Origin: Thermoproteota archaeon
GTDB taxonomy: Archaea; Korarchaeota; Korarchaeia; Korarchaeales; Korarchaeaceae
Reading direction: 5' to 3'
NCBI GenBank assembly: GCA_027491735.1
Contig: JAOZGP010000004.1
Span: 30,396-94,395 of the forward strand
Length of the DNA stretch: 64,000 bases
Of the stretch, positions 19,707 through 29,620 are shown piece after piece (the stretch's first letter is position 1; each line of letters opens with the position of its first letter). The position numbers and the translations under genes are program-made. Below the pieces are notes generated by a model, which worked only from the letters and a program-made list of their open reading frames with translations, was not told where the DNA came from and made no database searches.

Positions 19707-20338
19707 ACCACGTCGGCGTTTACCAGAAGCTTCTTCACGATATCAATGCTGAGGATATTGAGAAGCCACCAACGGTGAGGATGGGATGTGATGAGAAGTA
19801 CATTGTTATCTATTTCACTGAAAGATCCTCTGAGGCAGTTGAAAGCCTCCACGACAGTCAGTACGAGAGAAGTCATCCCCTCCTGGCTGATCCTGTCGGC
19901 TTCATTCATTGCAGCGACTGATGTGTAGCAAACATCAGTGATGGCCTTCATCCACAGGCTTGTGGATTTGGGTGCTCTTCTCTTAGACCAGACGCCCTTC
20001 CTATATCTCTCCATCAGATGGAGCACCTCCACCACAGTGGGAATGTTCATCGCCCCCGTAGGTCTTACTGACGGATCGCCGTACGACCCTCTGAGACCAC
20101 CTCTCGAGTAGATTATTAAGGTCCTCCAATCACCAAGCTTCGTGTTTAGAGAAGCTCTTCCAAATATCCTCAGGACATAACACCACTCCTGAGACATCTG
20201 CTCATAGCTGAGGATTGCAGGGACCTCTCCCATCACCAGGAGTATGTAAAAGCCTCTCTCTCCAGCTGTCCAGCCAGATATCTCACATCCTTCCGGCAGT
20301 GCCCTTTCCAAGAAGTGTGTGACGGATCTGTACTTCAA
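19694..20338 (-). CDS. Hypothetical protein, paralog of 37948..38601
   Basis: 214-aa ORF with SD; shares motifs with 37948..38601. Confidence 0.7.
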   Translation of the reverse strand: MKYRSVTHFLERALPEGCEISGWTAGERGFYILLVMGEVPAILSYEQMSQEWCYVLRIFGRASLNTKLGDWRTLIIYSRGGLRGSYGDPSVRPTGAMNIPTVVEVLHLMERYRKGVWSKRRAPKSTSLWMKAITDVCYTSVAAMNEADRISQEGMTSLVLTVVEAFNCLRGSFSEIDNNVLLITSHPHRWWLLNILSIDIVKKLLVNADVVQVE

Positions 20339-20421
20339 TCAGCACCACCTCTTCAATGGATCGTTCCTCCAGCTCAAAGAGAGCGCCTTTTTAAAAATCC
20401 TTTTTTGGACCGGAGCTGTTG

Positions 20422-21162
20422 TCAGAACTTAATCCCTCGGATCACGTACACCCTATCCAGAGGGGTCGGGCGAGAGTCGCTCACCTCAGGATCAAGGCCG
20501 CACCTCCTCATGATCGACGCCGTGAAATCCACTCCCGTTAAAGAGGACGTCGTCGTCAAGAGTTCTCCTCCATACCTCAGCAGCTTGGAGGCGTGCTTGA
20601 GCATCTTCCTCAGGATCCTCAAATCTGAGCCCCCACACCAGTTCAGGTCGAGATCATCGAGGGGCTCCACCGGAAGATAAGGAGGATTAACAATTATGTA
20701 ATCCGCTTTTATGCGAGGACTTCCGAGCCTAAAGTTGGCATTAGCGTTGTTCATCTTGGCGTTTAACCTCGAGGCAGCCACGGCCACCGGATTTATGTCG
20801 TAGCCGAGGACCATCTCTGGATTGAAGTTCAAAGCAGCGTATATCGAGATCACACCAGATCCGGATCCCGCCTCCACCACCACACCTCTGGGATCAAGGT
20901 TTTTTATCAGGAGTCCCGTGGAGCAAGTAAAGACCGGGTTAAAAACAGAGTATGGGATGTACAGGCTCATGTCACAGAACTTAAAGCATGTCCTCACTCT
21001 TGGAACCACCTTATGTGTGATCCTCAGAAGCCATCGTGCGATCTCTGCTCTCTTCACCACCGATCCGATGAACTTGCTGGGATCCCTAAAAACCTTCACA
21101 TAGTGATTGGATCCCCTCAAACACACGGGCAAATCAATTTTTAACTTCGTACACAACAACAC
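20422..21162 (-). CDS. SAM-dependent methyltransferase, HemK/N6AMT1-like
   Basis: EAGSGSG, DINP, NPPY, GGSD. Confidence 0.85.
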   Translation of the reverse strand: MLLCTKLKIDLPVCLRGSNHYVKVFRDPSKFIGSVVKRAEIARWLLRITHKVVPRVRTCFKFCDMSLYIPYSVFNPVFTCSTGLLIKNLDPRGVVVEAGSGSGVISIYAALNFNPEMVLGYDINPVAVAASRLNAKMNNANANFRLGSPRIKADYIIVNPPYLPVEPLDDLDLNWCGGSDLRILRKMLKHASKLLRYGGELLTTTSSLTGVDFTASIMRRCGLDPEVSDSRPTPLDRVYVIRGIKF

Positions 21163-21500
21163 CCCCCTCTTAAGCCTTCCTCAGCCACTCGCACCCATCC
21201 AGCCTCATAACTTCAACGATAAACGACTCATAAACATTCCACTCGTACCCCATCTTCGTCAACAAATTGGCGAGATTCTCAGCTCCTCTCTCACCTCACT
21301 TCATCCACTTGTTCTTCATTCTCTTCAGCTATATTCACTCTGGCTTGAGATCTTGTACATTCAGGACCTCAGCACCGATAAAAACAAACTAGAGGTTCCG
21401 GGAACAAGGTAGTGGATGTCACGCTTTTCACTGCCCATGAATCAGTCCACCCCAGTGAGGATTTCAGTAGTGACGTACTCGTGTCAGAACGATGGTTCGG

Positions 21501-23024
21501 TCAGATGGGCTCCCTATTGTTTGTGAGAAAAACCACCACTGCCGAGAACACTAACAGCTCCACAAGGAGCAGGTCCCCAGATCTCAGCGGAAGGCTAATG
21601 CCAAGAGACCATCTGATGAAGAGAGGTATCAGGGATACTGCCGTCATGACTCCCGCCACTACCATATCCACGAGCAGCATTATCAAGGTCCATCCCTGTC
21701 CCAAGGTCTGTCTAGACCAGGAGGCCATCTCTCTGGGAAGCCTCATCATGATGAGATAGGAATCCAAGAAAAGGAACCCTATTGACGATAAGAGGAAAGC
21801 TAGAGCGACTTTAGCACCGATCAGAGGGACGTCCATCATCAGGAGAAAGTACATCAGAGATATAGGGATCGCCAATACGGCCAGGGCCAGGGCCTTGGAG
21901 CGGACGATGCTACCCTTAGTTATTGGAAGCAGGTATAAGAACCTGGAGTCGCTTCCCTCCGTTAAGTAGAGGTTTCCTACAGCAGACCCCACGGCAGTGC
22001 CCATCCAAGGCATGAGGATCAAGATCAAGGAGTACAGCTTGTGCACCGATCCGAAGAAGAAAGGTGACGCGGCAAACAGAGGGATGAAGAACACATATAT
22101 GGTCGATGCCAGCATTCTAGAGTTTCTGATGAGAAGCTTGAGGTCTTTGAAGACTGGAGAGGGTAGAGGTCCGCTCCAAAGCTTCCACTGAAGCTTCACA
22201 TCTGATCCCGGCTTTACTATCAGCATCTCAGCTGAGAGAGCCCTCCAGAATCTATCCGCTCCTGTTTTGAACAGAAGCATTGAGAAAAGGAGAAACGCCA
22301 GAGAGGAGGTTACACTCAGAGGGCTTCCAGCGGAGGCAGATCCAAAGGAGAAAGGGGGAATCGCCTCAAGAAGGTCCTTGGAGGTTTTAAGGCTGGATTG
22401 TGGTGAATGAGAGAAGGAGAAGTTGTTCACTGCCATGAATACAAAGCCGAAGCTCATAACCGCCAACCAAGCCAAGGTGCTCAGGATCCTGGAGAGAGGC
22501 CTTCCTGATAGCTTAGGACTCACGGACCCCGCAATATATCCAATTCCAACCGATAGTAGGAGAAGAGAGACTGCTTCAAGGGATCCCCACAGGATGAGAT
22601 AGAGATTGTGTGTTAAGAGGGCTCCGGCCACGGCAGCAGGTAGCACGATGAAGAGGAGTCCAATGCCTCCCCAATAGAGAACTATGTAGAGCAGGGACTT
22701 CCTTATCTCTCTCTCATTGAGGGGGAGATAGGTCAGAGGATCCAGAAGCTTGTCGGACACCATGTTCTGAAGGGCAGGGGCCGTGGTTATGATGCCGAAG
22801 AAGAGCTCCATGAGACCGGCGAATCCCAGACCCAGAGCCGGACTTGACGTCACCATAAAGCCGAACGTAGTGGAAAACATTGAGAAGAACGCCACCGTCA
22901 CTAGGTTCGACTTCAAGAGGCTCCCAGTTCCGAACGAGAGCCTTCTCATGCTCCCGGTTCTCCTCCCAGCCCTGTACTGAGCTTCTTTAGCTAGAATTTC
23001 AGATATTCTAAACCAGTTTACCAT
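21501..23024 (-). CDS. ABC-2 type permease
   Basis: Duplicated architecture with YLPL/LLPI and KDLKLLIRN motifs; follows ABC ATPase. Confidence 0.8.
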   Translation of the reverse strand: MVNWFRISEILAKEAQYRAGRRTGSMRRLSFGTGSLLKSNLVTVAFFSMFSTTFGFMVTSSPALGLGFAGLMELFFGIITTAPALQNMVSDKLLDPLTYLPLNEREIRKSLLYIVLYWGGIGLLFIVLPAAVAGALLTHNLYLILWGSLEAVSLLLLSVGIGYIAGSVSPKLSGRPLSRILSTLAWLAVMSFGFVFMAVNNFSFSHSPQSSLKTSKDLLEAIPPFSFGSASAGSPLSVTSSLAFLLFSMLLFKTGADRFWRALSAEMLIVKPGSDVKLQWKLWSGPLPSPVFKDLKLLIRNSRMLASTIYVFFIPLFAASPFFFGSVHKLYSLILILMPWMGTAVGSAVGNLYLTEGSDSRFLYLLPITKGSIVRSKALALAVLAIPISLMYFLLMMDVPLIGAKVALAFLLSSIGFLFLDSYLIMMRLPREMASWSRQTLGQGWTLIMLLVDMVVAGVMTAVSLIPLFIRWSLGISLPLRSGDLLLVELLVFSAVVVFLTNNREPI

Positions 23025-23783
23025 TTAGGCACCCCATAGGGTATCCAGAAGTTCCTTCAGATCGCTCTCAAGTCCCGTGACCTTCATGAAGATGGACTCG
23101 AGATCGGCAGCCCTCACCTTGTTTCTGAGCTCATCTGTGGATCCTTTGGCCACCAGCTTGCCCTTGTACACTATGGTCACCTCATCCGCCACCGCTTCGG
23201 CTATCTCAAGAACATGAGTGGAGAAGATCACCGTATTTCCTTCGTTCGCGTACTTTCTCATCATCTCCTTCAACACACGACCCACTTCGGGATCTAGACC
23301 TGAGAAGGGCTCGTCCAGTATCAGAACCTTGGGATTGTGGAATAAAGCTGAGGCCACAAGAATTTTTCTCTTGTTTCCATGGCTCAGCTCACCTATCAGC
23401 TTGTTCATGTTCTCCTCCATCTTGAAGAGCTTTGCTAGAAATCTAATTCTTTGCTCCGCCTCCTCTCTCGGAATACCGTAGACCTCGCGTAGAAAGGAGA
23501 AGAGCTCGGTCAGTGTGAGGCTCTCGTACAATATTATCTCCTCAGGAGCGTAGCCAACAACCCTTCTGACCTTCAAGGCATCACTGATGGGGTTCATTCC
23601 GTCGACCAAGACCTCACCGGAGTCAGGCCTCACGACGCCCAAGGCCATCTTCATCATCGTGCTTTTTCCGGACCCGTTCGGACCTAGGAGTGCGTTTATC
23701 CTACCTGCGTCGAACTTAACGGAGATTCCGTCAACGGCCACCACGCCGCCATATCTCTTGACGACGTTTCTGTACTCAAGCAT
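23025..23783 (-). CDS. ABC transporter ATP-binding protein
   Basis: GPNGSGKS, LSHG, LILDEP, STH. Confidence 0.95.
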   Translation of the reverse strand: MLEYRNVVKRYGGVVAVDGISVKFDAGRINALLGPNGSGKSTMMKMALGVVRPDSGEVLVDGMNPISDALKVRRVVGYAPEEIILYESLTLTELFSFLREVYGIPREEAEQRIRFLAKLFKMEENMNKLIGELSHGNKRKILVASALFHNPKVLILDEPFSGLDPEVGRVLKEMMRKYANEGNTVIFSTHVLEIAEAVADEVTIVYKGKLVAKGSTDELRNKVRAADLESIFMKVTGLESDLKELLDTLWGA

Positions 23784-23884
23784 TACTACCTGCTGAACGA
23801 TCCGGAAGAGTTTTATAAATTTTTTACAAATGATCTGGAAATCCGACTCAGGTCATTGCCTCCCCGGTTGGGATGTGGCCGGCA

Positions 23885-24481
23885 TCAGATCTCTGAGAAC
23901 TTAGCGGTCCAGCTATCGAAGTCCACAACAGCACATCTTCCCTGAAAGGCAGGTCCAGGGTTGACTACCACGGTTTCCCAGAGAGTGAAAATTGCTGGGC
24001 TCTCATGCACGTGTCCACACAGACATAATCTCGGCTTGAGCTCTCTGATGACCCTCCTGACTCTTTTGCTCCCCACATGTCGACCGATGAATGCCAGATC
24101 CGCCTCCGTGTTTAAGGGTGGAATGTGGGACACCAATACCCACTCATCATCCGGGCTCACGAGGCTGAACAATCTTTCCTCGTCCTTCTTCTCAGTATAG
24201 GGACCCATACCAGCGAATTTAACACCATGAAGCTCGATCGTCTTTCCATCAAGCAGGATCCCGAGCTCCTCTGCTACATCCACAACCGAGTAAGGGTCCA
24301 TGTTCCCCGATGAGTATAAGGTGTTGAAGCTCGATGTCAGCTCTCTCAGGACTGAGGTGCTCTCCACGTCACCGCTCATAACTATTAGCTCTGCTCCGAT
24401 CCTTTTAGCTGCCTCAACAATCCTACTAGCAGCGACTCTGGCGTGCACATCGGAAATGTGCAGGGCCCTCATGTAGATCAC
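23885..24481 (-). CDS. Metallophosphoesterase (calcineurin-like)
   Basis: SDVH, GD, GNMD, SHIPP, GHVHE, NPG. Confidence 0.92.
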   Translation of the reverse strand: MIYMRALHISDVHARVAASRIVEAAKRIGAELIVMSGDVESTSVLRELTSSFNTLYSSGNMDPYSVVDVAEELGILLDGKTIELHGVKFAGMGPYTEKKDEERLFSLVSPDDEWVLVSHIPPLNTEADLAFIGRHVGSKRVRRVIRELKPRLCLCGHVHESPAIFTLWETVVVNPGPAFQGRCAVVDFDSWTAKFSEI

Positions 24482-24482
24482 C

Positions 24483-25235
24483 TCATGTAAGATCTCCGCA
24501 GGAGCACCAGACCTCCTTGAGAAGATCCATCAGATTATTAAAGCCTGCGGACTTCAGAGCGGATATCCCTACCACCCTCACAGGCCTGAAGAAGGAGGAG
24601 ATTGCCTTGATGAGTTCTCTGAGAACCTCTCCTATTACCCCTTCAACAGTGAGATCTCCAGACATAACGGCGGACCAGATCCTTCTAGCATCTATATCTC
24701 CCCAGAGATCACTCTTATTGACTGTGGGGATAACTGGCACCGCTAACTTGAGCTCAACAAGCCTGGACATCATCGCTGCAAAGGCTGCATCCTCGGCTTC
24801 TCTCCCCAGCTCATGGTCACCGAGAAATACCCCGACCAAGGGACATGTCCTAGATATCGTCTCAGCTATTCTCCTGCCGGTGGGCCTCAAGGCGAAGAGG
24901 TCCATCTGACCAGGCGTGTCCACTATCACGTAGTCACAGTCCATGGATCCTATCCTTTCGACCAGCTCTTCGGAGATCTCGAGGATGAGATCCATGCACC
25001 TCAGCAGCGCACCGTTCGGTCCAAGCCCCTCCTCTCTCATCAACTTCCTCAAGCTGACGTAGTTCCTGATGTCTATATCCGGGGAGTATGGGAGCACCTC
25101 AGCTCCAGGATCCATGTTCATAGTTCTGACAGTCACTTCGTACTCCTTTGAGAGCCACCTGCTCAGAGAACCTGTTAACGTACTCTTTCCCGATCCAGCA
25201 ACTCCTAAAATTAGAATCCCTTCCATACTCCTCAC
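24483..25235 (-). CDS. GPN-loop GTPase
   Basis: GVAGSGKS, NMDPG, GLGPNG, DTPGQ, NKSD, C-terminal CSCGDL. Confidence 0.93.
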   Translation of the reverse strand: MRSMEGILILGVAGSGKSTLTGSLSRWLSKEYEVTVRTMNMDPGAEVLPYSPDIDIRNYVSLRKLMREEGLGPNGALLRCMDLILEISEELVERIGSMDCDYVIVDTPGQMDLFALRPTGRRIAETISRTCPLVGVFLGDHELGREAEDAAFAAMMSRLVELKLAVPVIPTVNKSDLWGDIDARRIWSAVMSGDLTVEGVIGEVLRELIKAISSFFRPVRVVGISALKSAGFNNLMDLLKEVWCSCGDLT

Positions 25236-25316
25236 TCCGCGACCATCTCGATATGCTCCGAATCCAGGCGAAAAGGTTATCTGTAGTACTATCTGTGAAA
25301 GGTTTGGGTGGAAGGA

Positions 25317-25505
25317 TTGTGTGAGGGCATCGCATACCTGCTCAGAGAGGATAACAAAGAAAGGCTGATGGATGAGGTCGCCTATCTTGAGGTTAAGGAA
25401 GACGAACTTATTCTTATAAACGAGGATGGTATCAGGAGAGTTTTAGACAGGTTCAAGGAGATCAGGGTCGACATGATCAAGCATGAGATCATCGTAGTTC
25501 CCTGA
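25317..25505 (+). CDS. cooT: CooT-family nickel chaperone
   Basis: MCEGIAYL...LMDEV...VDMIKHEII with Cys2 and late His; start moved to TTG 25317. Confidence 0.75.
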   Translation: MCEGIAYLLREDNKERLMDEVAYLEVKEDELILINEDGIRRVLDRFKEIRVDMIKHEIIVVP

Positions 25506-25875
25506 GGGGGTAACGAACTAGTTTCCATGAGCCGACTGGGTGGTTGTGGGAGCTGTCTGAGGTTATTGTCATGCCAGATAGCGTGAGCTGGCACTTGTAA
25601 TTGTTCAGAGGTCGTAAGGCATGATTAAAGCTGCTGGAAGGCTTGGCAATTCTAGTTAACGAAAAAACGGACTGGAAGTAGGTCAACAAAGCCCATCGCG
25701 AGTTCGTTGGGAGAGTTTCCTGTGAACACCCTGAAACTCATCAGATAGATCCATCTAGGACGCACTCTCTCAAGGAAGGCGCCGAACTACATTCAAGTCC
25801 CGGTCTCGATCTGATGTGGAGCTTACTTCTCGTTATGAGAACTTGAAGTTGACGAGCCTCCTTCCGTGATGTCGC

Positions 25876-25901
25876 AAACTAGTATATTTATATACTGGTT
25901 T
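25876..25901. promoter_or_regulatory. 26-bp palindromic operator overlapping TATA box
   Basis: AAACTAGTATAT-TT-ATATACTGGTTT (11/12 arm match) containing TTTATATA; extra ACTGGTT at 25910. Confidence 0.7.
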
Positions 25902-25914
25902 ATCTATTAACTGG

Positions 25915-26319
25915 TTGATGCCGTTCCGTCCGGTCCACGGGAAGATACTCGATGTCCTGGCAGCCCACCCACAGGGGCTGTGCTTCAACAGCCTCAGCCA
26001 GAAACTTAAGGGGGTAATCTCAAGAGTTGTCCTGCTCAAGGAGGTCAAGAGACTTGAGGACGCTGGTGTCATCGTTGTGGAGAGGGATCCAGGTCATAAG
26101 CAGAGGAAGATATTCAAGCTTGCATCATCGGTGAGAGATCTACTGTTATTTTTGGGTGAGGAGATCAGGTCTGGCGAGAGAAAAGCCTGTGATATAGCTG
26201 TTGATCTGATAAACAGGTACGCCAGCATCAAGAGCGGTTTGAGGAACGAGTTCCTCAAGGAATATCTAAAGTACTCTGTCCTGACGAGAATTGAGGTTCT
26301 GATGGAGGAGGTGGCTTAG
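25915..26319 (+). CDS. Winged-helix transcriptional regulator (HxlR/ArsR-like)
   Basis: FNSLSQKL..ISRVVLLKEVKRLEDAGVI...KIFKL. Confidence 0.78.
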   Translation: MMPFRPVHGKILDVLAAHPQGLCFNSLSQKLKGVISRVVLLKEVKRLEDAGVIVVERDPGHKQRKIFKLASSVRDLLLFLGEEIRSGERKACDIAVDLINRYASIKSGLRNEFLKEYLKYSVLTRIEVLMEEVA

Positions 26320-26580
26320 ATGTCGTCGGAGGTCTCCGTCGTGGTGGAGAGGGTAGACGATCAGGTGTTGGAGAAGCTCATTGGGTTAGCCATGTCCAGC
26401 CGGAGAATCAACATATACCTCAATGGAATTCCCTCTGAGATCATCAAGGCCCTCAGATCGGTGATAACCTCCAATACATCAAGATCAATCAGGTTATACT
26501 GCTCAATCCCAGAGGATCCTCCTGGAGAGGTGATAAGGTTTCCTCCAGTGAGCCGGCAGGGAGAACGTTGCGAAGCATGA
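26320..26580 (+). CDS. Small hypothetical protein
   Basis: GGAGGAGG SD; abuts upstream stop; operon position. Confidence 0.65.
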   Translation: MSSEVSVVVERVDDQVLEKLIGLAMSSRRINIYLNGIPSEIIKALRSVITSNTSRSIRLYCSIPEDPPGEVIRFPPVSRQGERCEA

Positions 26581-26592
26581 GGAGGTGATGTC

Positions 26593-28095
26593 ATGCATGA
26601 CGTGGTTCTCTCAGCAGACAGGACGATGATGTCGAACCATCATGGGAAGGAGTTCCTCGGCTTCGTCGCAACAGGCCCCCCAGTGGGGATTCCGGAGTTC
26701 CTTTGGATGTGGGTAGCCGCTCCGAAGATGAAGGTCGATGATGAGGGAAGGGTTTGGCAGGCTCCTTACGGGATCAGGAAAATAGAGGCCGCCCTGTCGG
26801 ACGCCGGTTTCGACGTCGCCACAATAGATCCGGATCATCTCCACAAGCACATACCAGGGGCGAAGGTTCTGGCGATAGGGCATCATGACTACTTCTCCCT
26901 CGGTCCCCCAAGCAGTGAGTGGTGGGTGTTGACCAGGAAGGAACCGGTGAACAGGAAGAGCTTCATCAAGTTCATGGAGAAGCCCGAGATAAGGAAGGGG
27001 AAGGAAAAAGGAATGAAGATAATAGTTGGAGGACCTGCAGCTTGGCAGTGGATCTGGGCTCCTGAGTACATAGACAGGTGGGGGATCGACTGTATAGTGG
27101 ATGGGGAGGCCGATAAGGTTATAGTTGATCTCGTTGAGAAGGCCATGAACGACAAAGATCTCCCCCTTTACGTTCAGGTCGGTGTTGATGAGGTCCCCTC
27201 ACTTGAGGAGATTCCTCTGATAAAGCACGCATCCGTAAATGGGCTTGTGGAGATAATGAGGGGATGCCCAAGGGGGTGTAAGTTCTGCTCGGTGACGCTC
27301 AGGCCTCTCAGATGCTACACGCTCGACATGATTGAGGAGGAGTTAAAGGTTAACGCCAGAGAGGGAGTCAAGGGATGCATCCTGCACTCAGAGGACGTCC
27401 TGCTCTATGGAGCAGATGGTGTGAAGCCGAGACCTGGACCCCTCCTTAAGCTCCACAGACTCGCCAAGAAGTACTCAAATCAGGTGGGGTGGAGTCACTT
27501 CAGCCTCGCGGCAGTCAAGTACGCTGAGGACAACTACGGACTGGTGAGCAGGCTTTCTGAGATGCTCAGGGAGGATCAGGATGACTTCATAGGGGTCGAG
27601 GTTGGAGTGGAAACTGGATCTCCAAGGCTCGCCAGGAGGATAATGCCTGCGAAGTCCCTTCCGTATCCAGCGGACCTATGGCCGGAGGTTGTCGTTGACG
27701 CCTTCGCCATAATGCACGATGCTCACGTGATACCGGCGGCAACCCTGATAATAGGCCTCCCGGAGGAGACTCCTGATGATATAATAAAGACCATAGAACT
27801 CGTTGAGGACCTTAAGGAATTTAGAAGTCTTATAGTTCCCATGTACTTCGTTCCTATGGGTGCTCTTAGGGGTAGGGACTGGTACAAGGTCCAACCGACA
27901 GATGAGCAGATGGATCTCATGAAGATCTGTCTCAGCCACGACCTATATTGGGTGGAGGGCATGATCGAGTGGTACTTCAGAAACTCAAATCCGCTCCTTA
28001 GGAAGGCGGTTAGGATGTTCATATCGTTCGTGAAGAAGGTTGCTAGATCGCATGGAATAGCTTTTGAGGAGGATATCAGAGTTGCTGTCAAGTGA
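26593..28095 (+). CDS. grsA: B12-binding-type radical SAM protein, GDGT ring synthase GrsA-like
   Basis: ADRTMMSNHHGKEFLGF, APYGIRKIEAAL, HHDYF..GPPSS, MRGCPRGCKFC resemble Sulfolobales GrsA as I recall it. Confidence 0.7.
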   Translation: MHDVVLSADRTMMSNHHGKEFLGFVATGPPVGIPEFLWMWVAAPKMKVDDEGRVWQAPYGIRKIEAALSDAGFDVATIDPDHLHKHIPGAKVLAIGHHDYFSLGPPSSEWWVLTRKEPVNRKSFIKFMEKPEIRKGKEKGMKIIVGGPAAWQWIWAPEYIDRWGIDCIVDGEADKVIVDLVEKAMNDKDLPLYVQVGVDEVPSLEEIPLIKHASVNGLVEIMRGCPRGCKFCSVTLRPLRCYTLDMIEEELKVNAREGVKGCILHSEDVLLYGADGVKPRPGPLLKLHRLAKKYSNQVGWSHFSLAAVKYAEDNYGLVSRLSEMLREDQDDFIGVEVGVETGSPRLARRIMPAKSLPYPADLWPEVVVDAFAIMHDAHVIPAATLIIGLPEETPDDIIKTIELVEDLKEFRSLIVPMYFVPMGALRGRDWYKVQPTDEQMDLMKICLSHDLYWVEGMIEWYFRNSNPLLRKAVRMFISFVKKVARSHGIAFEEDIRVAVK

Positions 28096-28131
28096 GTCTT
28101 GGGATGAACGCTGGAATAAGGAGAGTTGCTC

Positions 28132-28370
28132 ATGCTGTTAGTTATTTGACACCAGTGAGGAATCTTGCTGGAGAAATTCCTAGCAACCGGTAGCATCTAG
28201 AGACTATTCTTACCAAAAAGTCACTAAGAAATCTCATGAATTCATGAGGTGAGTTAGGGAAGGTGTGAAAGCTAAGTTCAAGAGCGCATCGATGAGACTG
28301 CAGAAAAAACGCGCGATGCCATGACCTTAGCCCTGCCCTGATCCATCCTCTCACAGGAGGTTTTCTTAGC
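28132..28370 (+). pseudogene. Possible decayed PIN (VapC) remnant; includes perfect palindrome CTCATGAATTCATGAG at 28233-28248
   Basis: LVI/DTS at 5' end across a frameshift and RDAMTLAL fragment; many stops. Confidence 0.25.
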
Positions 28371-28386
28371 AATATTCCGTAAAAAT

Positions 28387-29148
28387 TTAGAGAAGGTTTC
28401 TGGGTACTGGTGTGAAGTGCTCTTCGAGGCCGAGATCTTTAAATGGAGATCCCATGGCCCTAGCGATGAGTTGGGTGAAGTGGAGGATTGGAAGAGATCC
28501 TCCTCCATAGAAGTCGAGCATAAAGTGGCATAGATTACACATCGTGACGATGGCATCAGCTCCTGCCTCCTTAGCTGATTCCACCACGGATCTGGCCATC
28601 TCAACAGCAACATTGGGTTTCCTGAGGGTTAGAGGTCCCCCGCAGCACTTGAGCCTCATAGAAAAATCTACAGGTTTGGCTCCTATAGCTTCCATCAGAT
28701 CCTCAAGCATGTGCGGATCTTCTGGATCATCTATGGCGAGATCTCTCGGCCTGAGGGCTTGACATCCGTAATAGGTGGCTACCTTCAAGTCAAGGCTCCT
28801 CACTACCCTCTTCCTCAGCTCCTCAACGCCCACTTCATCGTGCAGGAACTTGACGAGGTGATCTATTGAGCCCCCTCCTCTGTTTATGTTGCTGTAACAT
28901 CCACTACACCCAGTTATCAGTCTCTTCTGACCGGCTTCCCTCATTATTATGTCCGTGAGTCCTCTCACTATGTTCACATCTACGAGTTCGGCTTCAAGGG
29001 TGCCGCAGCAGGGGGCCCTGTCCAGGATCACAGGTTCAAAACCCAGCTTCCTAAGGACAGAGATCGCCGTCCTGAGGTAAGCCTTCTCGGTTGTCTTAGC
29101 GGAGCAGCCAGGATAATAGGCCACAACCCCAGTGGTCTCATCTGACAA
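28387..29148 (-). CDS. hdrB: Heterodisulfide reductase subunit B-like
   Basis: Two CCG domains: YYPGC..CCG..CSGC and YYGC..CCGG..CNLC. Confidence 0.88.
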   Translation of the reverse strand: MSDETTGVVAYYPGCSAKTTEKAYLRTAISVLRKLGFEPVILDRAPCCGTLEAELVDVNIVRGLTDIIMREAGQKRLITGCSGCYSNINRGGGSIDHLVKFLHDEVGVEELRKRVVRSLDLKVATYYGCQALRPRDLAIDDPEDPHMLEDLMEAIGAKPVDFSMRLKCCGGPLTLRKPNVAVEMARSVVESAKEAGADAIVTMCNLCHFMLDFYGGGSLPILHFTQLIARAMGSPFKDLGLEEHFTPVPRNLL

Positions 29149-29620
29149 TCCTCCTCACCTCCCTCCTGATCTCTTCGGGAACTCCTCCTCCCTCCTTCAG
29201 TATCCCGGCCAACTTTACTCCCTTGAACCCAGCCATCTTAAGCGATCCGAGAACCCCGATCGAAGAGATTGCGACCTTAGCTGGGTTTATGAACGCTCTC
29301 CTTCTAAGCTCGTCCATGAAGGCCTTCTCGATTCTCCCAACCCCATACTTCCTGACTCTCATGTTCGACAGGGCCGTAGCTATGTCCGGGAAGCTGAGGC
29401 CCTGAGGACACCTCACCGTACAGAGGTAGCAGTGGAGGCAGGGCTCGTAAAGCCTCTTGTCCACCACCTCGTCCATTCCCATCTGTACCATGTGCACCAG
29501 CTTGTTTGGCCTGAAATCGTCTACTCCGACGACTTGGCATGATGAAGCGCACTCGCCGCACTGGAAACACTTGTAGACATCCTGGCCGGATATCTTGAGA
29601 ACTTCATTGGCAAGGATCAT
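29138..29620 (-). CDS. hdrC: Heterodisulfide reductase subunit C-like
   Basis: CFQCGECASSC and CLHCYLCTVRCP. Confidence 0.88.
   Translation of the reverse strand: MILANEVLKISGQDVYKCFQCGECASSCQVVGVDDFRPNKLVHMVQMGMDEVVDKRLYEPCLHCYLCTVRCPQGLSFPDIATALSNMRVRKYGVGRIEKAFMDELRRRAFINPAKVAISSIGVLGSLKMAGFKGVKLAGILKEGGGVPEEIRREVRRIVR

Noticed and set aside
21170-21400. Short minus-strand frame upstream of the methyltransferase
   Set aside because: No clear start or recognisable family
25510-25830. Possible RidA-like pseudogene fragment (DWK*VNKAHREF)
   Set aside because: One short motif, too weak
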